Below, one piece after another: positions 48,213 through 53,553 of a stretch of DNA of 53,553 nucleotides; the first letter of the stretch is position 1; every line of letters starts with the position of its first letter. This stretch comes from Limisphaerales bacterium. GTDB taxonomy: Bacteria > Verrucomicrobiota > Verrucomicrobiia > Limisphaerales > SIBE01. The stretch spans positions 1 through 53,553 of the forward strand of contig JBGAIN010000037.1 in NCBI GenBank assembly GCA_044225505.1, in the 5' to 3' direction. The notes under the pieces were generated by a model. It saw nothing but the letters and a program-made list of their open reading frames with translations, was not told the DNA's origin and searched no databases. Both the position numbers and the translations under genes were made by a program.

Positions 48213-51200
48213 ATGCGACACTATTATCCTGCGACGAGACTCTGGCGCGCGGCGTTCACTTTAAGCGCGATCTGCTGCTTCGCTCCTCACGCGCACAGCC
48301 AAACCCAGATATCCTTCCACGTTTTGCCGGCTGAAGAGACCGATGCGGCTGCGACTGTAGAGGTATTGCGCTCTGGCGTTGCCGACTCGGTGTTGACGGT
48401 CGATTTCCTCACCGAAGACGTTGATGCCGAGGCCGGGCGAGATTATGTGGCACAGCATGGAACGCTGCGCTTTGAACCTGGAGAAGAAACCAAGCAGATT
48501 CGAGTTCAAATCCTTGATGACGGGCAGGTCGAGCGCGAAGAGTTGTTTCGAGTTAAATTCTTGAATCCCTCTCCAGGCCTTACCTTGGCCGAAGAAGACG
48601 TGCTAGTCTCGATTCTCGACAATGAACGGCCAGGCAGTGTCGACGAGAGTTTCAATCCTGCGGTAGCCGGCTTTCCCAGCCTGGCGATGCCTGGCGGGAA
48701 GGTCCTGGTTACGATCTTGCCGGGCGATTCTGCCAAGGATGCGCCGCGATTGGTGCTCATAAATGAGGATGGAACCGTTGATCAAGCATTCCGTGCGGCG
48801 TTTGCGGTTGGCGACGGTATCGTCTGGGTCGGACGACAGGGAACCGATAAAATTCTGGTTTTGAAGTGCAGCGTCGTTGCGACTGAGGATACTTGCCTAA
48901 GCTTGGTGCGTTTAAACTCGGATGGAACGCGCGATCCATCCTTCCACTCACCTCCAGGATTGAAGGTGGCGTCCCTTCCGTCTCCCTTTGTCTTGCGCGA
49001 TGGCAAGGTGGTTGTCGGGATCTTGGATACCCCCGGCGCTTTGGCTCGATTAAATGACGACGGCACGCTCGATAACACCTTCCAAGCTGCTCTTGTCGAG
49101 GGCGTCATACAGAGCTTCGTCCAACTTGCAGACCAAACGATCGTGATCAACGCGCTGAGGACGGCTCCCGATGGAAACTTGACAGCCGTCCTTTACCGGC
49201 TCAAGGCGGATGGCCAGTTGGACTCCCTGTTCCAGGTCTCCGCTGAATTCTCTTGGGTTCGGCAGCTCTTCGCGGCGACGGATGGGGCGTTCTACGTGAG
49301 CGCGCGCAGCTCTGGAGACGTCGGTGCGGAGAAATTCTTTCGTCTGACTCCGACTGGGGCTTCGGACCCCTCGTTTGTCTTCACGGACGCCCCGCGCATC
49401 TTCAACTATTCGTTCTTCGTTCTCGGAACCGAGTCCGACGGCCGAATTATCGGCCAATCTGGCCGCGGAATCGTCCGGTTGAATCTCGATGGGTCCTGGG
49501 ATCGATCTTACCTCGTGGAAAACCCATGTAACCGAGGCGGAAGACGCTTTGTCGGTGAAGGGACTGAAGGGATTCCCCGGCTTGTCTTACCCGACGGCAG
49601 ATTGCTATCGTTCGAGAGTGGCGTCTTGCTGCTTCTGGATCCCGCCAGCGCGAAACGGTCTGGGTTTCGCATCACGGCAGCTGACTGCGCAAGTTGCTGC
49701 CAGACCCAACTTGATATTTCGGAATCGGCGGGTCAAACGCTCGTCAGAATCCAACGTCTTGGAGAAAGCTCAGGGAAAACTGCCGTTAGACTTTCCACGA
49801 GACCGTTGACAAGCTCGGCGAAGGTCGATTTTGAATCGTTGGAAAGGACTCTGACGTTTGACTCCTTAGAAACCAGCAAGACCGTGGCTGTCGGGATCAC
49901 CTCCGACTATACGCCGGAGGCTGATGAGACGCTGGAAGTAATACTCACCGACCTTACTGTTCCACAGCGCGTTTGGCCGGGGAATAGGGCCACTGTGACT
50001 ATTCTGGACGACGATCGAGTCGGTTCCCGCGATCTGACCTTCCAACCCCCGATTGGATATCAGATCGTCGGCATGCAGTCCGACGGCAAGCTTCTAGGAG
50101 GCCAGACGGGGTCTATGGACGCCAGAATTCGCCGATTTCGATCCGACGCCCAACTCGACCCGAGTTGGTTCGAGCCCGACCTTTCCCAGATTGGACTTGT
50201 GTCAAAGTTTCTCGGCCTACAGTCCGACGGAAAAATCTATGCGACTCCCTCGCTGGTCGGGCCTGGTATCACGGCCAACTTGTTTCGATTGAATTCGGAC
50301 GGAACTATCGATTCCAGCTTCCAGCCGAAGTTCGAGGTGTTCCCAGTTAGCGGCATTCAAATCCGGCAGAACGTCCAGGGCGTCCTCGTTCAGCCGGATG
50401 GAACAATTCTCGTCGCAATTGAAACGGATCGGACGTCGACCGGCTTAGGGTCAGTTTATCATGTGGCACGCTTTAAATCCAACGGAGAGATGGATCCGGG
50501 GTTCGCTCCGGTGAAAGCCGTGGCCTTTGATTTGAAGATATTTCCCGCAACGTCGGGGCAGGTTTGGCTGGCGGGTTTTCTCTATTCTGTCAATGACGTG
50601 TCGCGGCGCGCGATTGTCCGACTGAATCCGAACGGTTCGGTCGATGAAAGCTTCGCGTTGGGGCTGGTTGCAACGAATATATCCGACGCAGTCTCGTCGC
50701 ATTTAAAGCTCGCGGATGGCGGCTATTTGCTGGGAGGGAGGTTCCAATTCACCAATGAAGCCCGCCAACGTTTTCTTATTCGTTTAGCGGACGATGGTAA
50801 GTTAGATCCAGCATTCGCTCCGCAGCTGGAGGCTCCCTTTGTCTATATCGGAGCTATGGCGCAACAGTCGGATGGCAAGATATTGGTGACTGGAGAATTC
50901 GATACCATTAACGGCGTTGCCCGGCATGGTCTCGCGAGGCTTAATCTTGATGGTTCAGTCGATTTGACATTCGATTCCGGTCAGCAGGCGTTACCGGCAG
51001 AGCGGATCTTTGTTCAACCTGATGGGCAAATTCTCGTTGATCTCAACACAGACTGGCAGCGTTTTAATGGAGACAAGCGAGCCGCTGTAATCGCACAGCC
51101 TCCCCGCGAAACGTCCTTTCAGGCGGAGGTGATCTCCTACTCCGAGCAGCGTGTGATCATTGAAGCCACGGATACTCTACTCCCACCTGATTGGCGTCCG

Positions 51201-51299
51201 ATCTGGACTAATAGCGCGGCTCCCGCGACTCCGCTGATATTTGCAGATTTGGAGGGAAGGCGATTTCCAATGCGCTTCTATCGGGCCATCAGTCGATAA
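48213..51299 (+). CDS. Calx-beta + delta-60 repeat secreted protein with C-terminal FYR domain
   Basis: Two Calx-beta domains (GTLRFEPGEETKQI..ILDD; LTFDSLETSKTV); many RLNxDGxxDxSF and QxDGKIL repeats; ends RFYRAISR. Confidence 0.85.
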   Translation: MRHYYPATRLWRAAFTLSAICCFAPHAHSQTQISFHVLPAEETDAAATVEVLRSGVADSVLTVDFLTEDVDAEAGRDYVAQHGTLRFEPGEETKQIRVQILDDGQVEREELFRVKFLNPSPGLTLAEEDVLVSILDNERPGSVDESFNPAVAGFPSLAMPGGKVLVTILPGDSAKDAPRLVLINEDGTVDQAFRAAFAVGDGIVWVGRQGTDKILVLKCSVVATEDTCLSLVRLNSDGTRDPSFHSPPGLKVASLPSPFVLRDGKVVVGILDTPGALARLNDDGTLDNTFQAALVEGVIQSFVQLADQTIVINALRTAPDGNLTAVLYRLKADGQLDSLFQVSAEFSWVRQLFAATDGAFYVSARSSGDVGAEKFFRLTPTGASDPSFVFTDAPRIFNYSFFVLGTESDGRIIGQSGRGIVRLNLDGSWDRSYLVENPCNRGGRRFVGEGTEGIPRLVLPDGRLLSFESGVLLLLDPASAKRSGFRITAADCASCCQTQLDISESAGQTLVRIQRLGESSGKTAVRLSTRPLTSSAKVDFESLERTLTFDSLETSKTVAVGITSDYTPEADETLEVILTDLTVPQRVWPGNRATVTILDDDRVGSRDLTFQPPIGYQIVGMQSDGKLLGGQTGSMDARIRRFRSDAQLDPSWFEPDLSQIGLVSKFLGLQSDGKIYATPSLVGPGITANLFRLNSDGTIDSSFQPKFEVFPVSGIQIRQNVQGVLVQPDGTILVAIETDRTSTGLGSVYHVARFKSNGEMDPGFAPVKAVAFDLKIFPATSGQVWLAGFLYSVNDVSRRAIVRLNPNGSVDESFALGLVATNISDAVSSHLKLADGGYLLGGRFQFTNEARQRFLIRLADDGKLDPAFAPQLEAPFVYIGAMAQQSDGKILVTGEFDTINGVARHGLARLNLDGSVDLTFDSGQQALPAERIFVQPDGQILVDLNTDWQRFNGDKRAAVIAQPPRETSFQAEVISYSEQRVIIEATDTLLPPDWRPIWTNSAAPATPLIFADLEGRRFPMRFYRAISR

Positions 51300-51540
51300 G
51301 GACATCCACTCAGACTGGAGGAACGAAGTGCAGCGCAAGGCGAACCTTCGTTACCTTTCTTGCCTTCTGTGTAAAGTAAAGGTTCTGGACCGGCGTTTGC
51401 CATAGACGGTTTTCTTGATCTTGATTGTGCTCTAGGCCTGGCTCCCGCTTGGAAAGAGGAAACGCTGTCGCGTGGACCAACGACAGAAGATCAAAGACCT
51501 TTTCTATGGACCAAGGACTAACGACCAGGGACAAAGGATC

Positions 51541-51649
51541 GGAACGCGGAATTCATTCCGCCGGAAGCCTCGACTGTCGGACTGCGCCTGGAATCATCCG
51601 CAGCCTGCCCTGCGCGCGCTCGTTCCTGCGGACTAAAGTCCGCGTGCCC
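51541..51649. repeat. REP doublet (REPIN-like)
   Basis: GCGGAATTCATTCCGC (51546-51561) and GCGGACTAAAGTCCGC (51628-51643), preceded by GACCAAG-type 7-mers. Confidence 0.7.
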
Positions 51650-51835
51650 ATGAAGTGCCTGGCATTCCGACAGCAGTCGGCATGGGGGTAGAGTGGCAAG
51701 CGAAACGGGCAGAGGCTACCGCAGTCCAAAACCTGGGAAAATTGCGTGTGTTTTCGGGCGGGGAAGGACGGTAGACCCCGGACCCGGTTTGGAGTAGGAT
51801 CGGGTCGGAACGATGCCAGCAGTGAAAGGAAAGCT

Positions 51836-52495
51836 ATGCACAGTCTGATGGTTGCTTTTGGAACTGTTCTTCTCGGCTCGCTCGGGTCGGCCTTTGGGCA
51901 AATCCAAACGTTGGATCTGGAAACCGCCCGTCAGATCGCCGGGGGCCTTCGCGAATTCGATTTCGAGGGGTTGGCCCGTTACCAGTTCCCAGGAACTCCA
52001 GGAGAACCGCAACTGCCAAACCCGCTGCGGTTCGATGGTCTCACCGTGTTCGATCCCCACGTGCTCCAGGCAGGGTTTTGCTCCTCTCCCACGTGCGAGG
52101 TGGATCCGGACAATGCGCACGGTGGGAACATAGAACTCATTCTGTTTCCCGACGCGACGTTGTCGTTTGATTGGCATCCGTCCGTAGTGATCGTGGATGT
52201 GCAAGGGATTGGCGACAATCCATTCACCTTGAACGTGCACGATGCGAGCGGCGCGCGCCGGGAGATCAACAGCCAGGGGACACTGTTCGGTGTGACCTGG
52301 GTTTCGGTCACGTCGCCCAGCGGGATTGAAGGGATCGAAATTGGAAAGGTCGGTGGGACGGGCGGCCCGATCGGTATAGCGCGGGTGCTGGTCTCCGACG
52401 TGCCAGAACCGTCGGTGTTCGTTCTCGGGTGCTTGGGCTTGCTGGCGCTGGGATTGGGGCGGCGCGGTCGGCTGGCCGGTGGATGGCGTGCTTGA
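51836..52495 (+). CDS. PEP-CTERM sorting domain protein
   Basis: GAAAGGA RBS; signal peptide; VPEPSVFVLGCLGLLALGLGRRGR. Confidence 0.88.
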   Translation: MHSLMVAFGTVLLGSLGSAFGQIQTLDLETARQIAGGLREFDFEGLARYQFPGTPGEPQLPNPLRFDGLTVFDPHVLQAGFCSSPTCEVDPDNAHGGNIELILFPDATLSFDWHPSVVIVDVQGIGDNPFTLNVHDASGARREINSQGTLFGVTWVSVTSPSGIEGIEIGKVGGTGGPIGIARVLVSDVPEPSVFVLGCLGLLALGLGRRGRLAGGWRA

Positions 52496-52535
52496 ACGTT
52501 GATCCCCGGCGGCGGTCTACAATAACATCAAGACT

Positions 52536-52691
52536 ATGAGAAACGGTGTGAGATGGCTCTGGAGTGCCATCGGGTGTGTCGGCGTCGTTGTGGTCGCGAC
52601 CGTGGTGACGCTCTGGCTAGGGGACAGGGCTTCTGGAGGCGACGTGCGCCAGTCGCACACGGTCAACCTTGTGGCTGTTCCCAACCCGTAA
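52536..52691 (+). CDS. Possible 51-aa single-TM small protein
   Basis: MRNGVRWLWSAIGCVGVVVVATVVTLWLGDRASGGDVRQSHTVNLVAVPNP; below the ORF-track cutoff. Confidence 0.35.
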   Translation: MRNGVRWLWSAIGCVGVVVVATVVTLWLGDRASGGDVRQSHTVNLVAVPNP

Positions 52692-52771
52692 CAACGTCCG
52701 CGAAGATTGGAGGGCGAACCGAACATCCAGCGTTCGCGCTGACCGAGGAGCGCCGGCGCCGGAAATGAAAG

Positions 52772-52842
52772 ATGAGTGAACTCATGATTAGTTGACAGGA
52801 AGACCGTCCGGGCGCAGGGTGGGAGAAGATGAGTTCACTCAT
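52772..52842. promoter_or_regulatory. Paired TetR-type operators
   Basis: ATGAGTGAACTCAT (52772-52785) and its exact reverse complement ATGAGTTCACTCAT (52829-52842), with TTGACA (52792) between them. Confidence 0.75.
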
Positions 52843-52856
52843 AATTGGTCACGCCC

Positions 52857-53498
52857 ATGAAAACACCCGCCCGCAAGCCCGATAAACGCGCTCGGAACAA
52901 GGAGAAGACAAAACGCGCGATCCTTCGCGCCGCTCTTGAATTGTTCGCGCAAAAAGGCTTTTACCAGACCACGACGAAGGCCATTTCGCGCCGGGCGCGC
53001 ATCGCGGAAGGGACGCTCTTCAATTATTTCCAAACCAAGGAAGACCTGGCGCTCTATTTCTTCGAAGAGGAACTGGCCGGGATGATGGAATGGTTCGAGA
53101 AGGATGCGCGCGCGCAAAAGGCGCCGTTGCCGGAAAAGTTGTTTGCCATTGTGCATCGGCTCTTGGAACGGCTGGCGCCGTTCGAGGATTTTATCGGGGC
53201 AGTTTACCTCCGGGCGTTGCATCCCGCGTCCAAGTTGAGCCCGCTCGCGTTGGATTCTCAGCAGCAGAACTTGCGCTATTTGCGGTTTATCCGTGAGCTG
53301 CTGGCAGAGGCGGCCGCGGACGGGGAGATTCCCGAACTAGGGGACTTTGGAGCCTACGCGTTTGGGCTGTTCCATTTGGCGATCATCACTTACTGGCTGC
53401 AAGATCGATCTCCAGGCAAAGGCGAGACTTTGGCCATGCTTGACCGCTGTTTGAAAGTGGGGACCGTCGTTTTGAAGAAAGGGGGTTGGGAATGGTAG
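52857..53498 (+). CDS. TetR/AcrR family regulator
   Basis: ILRAALELFAQKGFYQTTTKAISRRARIAEGTLFNYFQTKEDL. Confidence 0.95.
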   Translation: MKTPARKPDKRARNKEKTKRAILRAALELFAQKGFYQTTTKAISRRARIAEGTLFNYFQTKEDLALYFFEEELAGMMEWFEKDARAQKAPLPEKLFAIVHRLLERLAPFEDFIGAVYLRALHPASKLSPLALDSQQQNLRYLRFIRELLAEAAADGEIPELGDFGAYAFGLFHLAIITYWLQDRSPGKGETLAMLDRCLKVGTVVLKKGGWEW

Positions 53499-53553
53499 AG
53501 AAACCTCCTCGTTCCGGCACGTTGACGCGCGGGTTCCGGCTGGGGAAGCTTGG
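53492..53553 (+). CDS. 5' end of the next gene (possibly ABC1/UbiB-like kinase)
   Basis: ATG overlaps the TetR end; MVEKPPRSGTLTRGFRLGKL open to the window edge; family guess rests on the N-terminus only. Confidence 0.4.
   Translation, partial: MVEKPPRSGTLTRGFRLGKL

Overview
GC-rich bacterial DNA whose gene content (prepilin/H-X9-DG pseudopilins, PEP-CTERM protein, DUF5069, Planctomycete-type cytochrome c domain, secreted proteins ending in an F/Y-Y-R/T-type motif) points to the PVC superphylum, probably Verrucomicrobiota (inference). No rRNA, tRNA, CRISPR array or transposase was seen. Layout: (1) 0-7.8 kb: secreted enzymes and redox genes, including an internally deleted glutathionyl-hydroquinone reductase; (2) 7.9-23.4 kb: a PocR-AraC-linked sugar-utilisation locus (surface protein, putative six-hairpin glycosidase, pseudopilin, GH2, PIG-L deacetylase, SSS transporter) with no SusC/D; (3) 23.5-38 kb: mixed accessory genes, including an ankyrin/QW-barrel/di-heme fusion protein; (4) 38.7-46.7 kb: a tightly coupled operon (ECF sigma, FecR-PA14 anti-sigma, two unknown envelope proteins, a 14-Cys secreted mini-protein, an atypical pseudopilin, a MauE-type membrane protein, a TMTC-like glycosyltransferase) with a divergent GT2, which is the best candidate for an undescribed system; (5) two 481-bp nested miniature elements, each a 307-bp TIR element inserted in the REP palindrome of a 164-bp element, in opposite relative orientations; (6) Calx-beta/delta-60, PEP-CTERM and TetR genes at the end. 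All family calls come from motif recognition by eye, not database searches.
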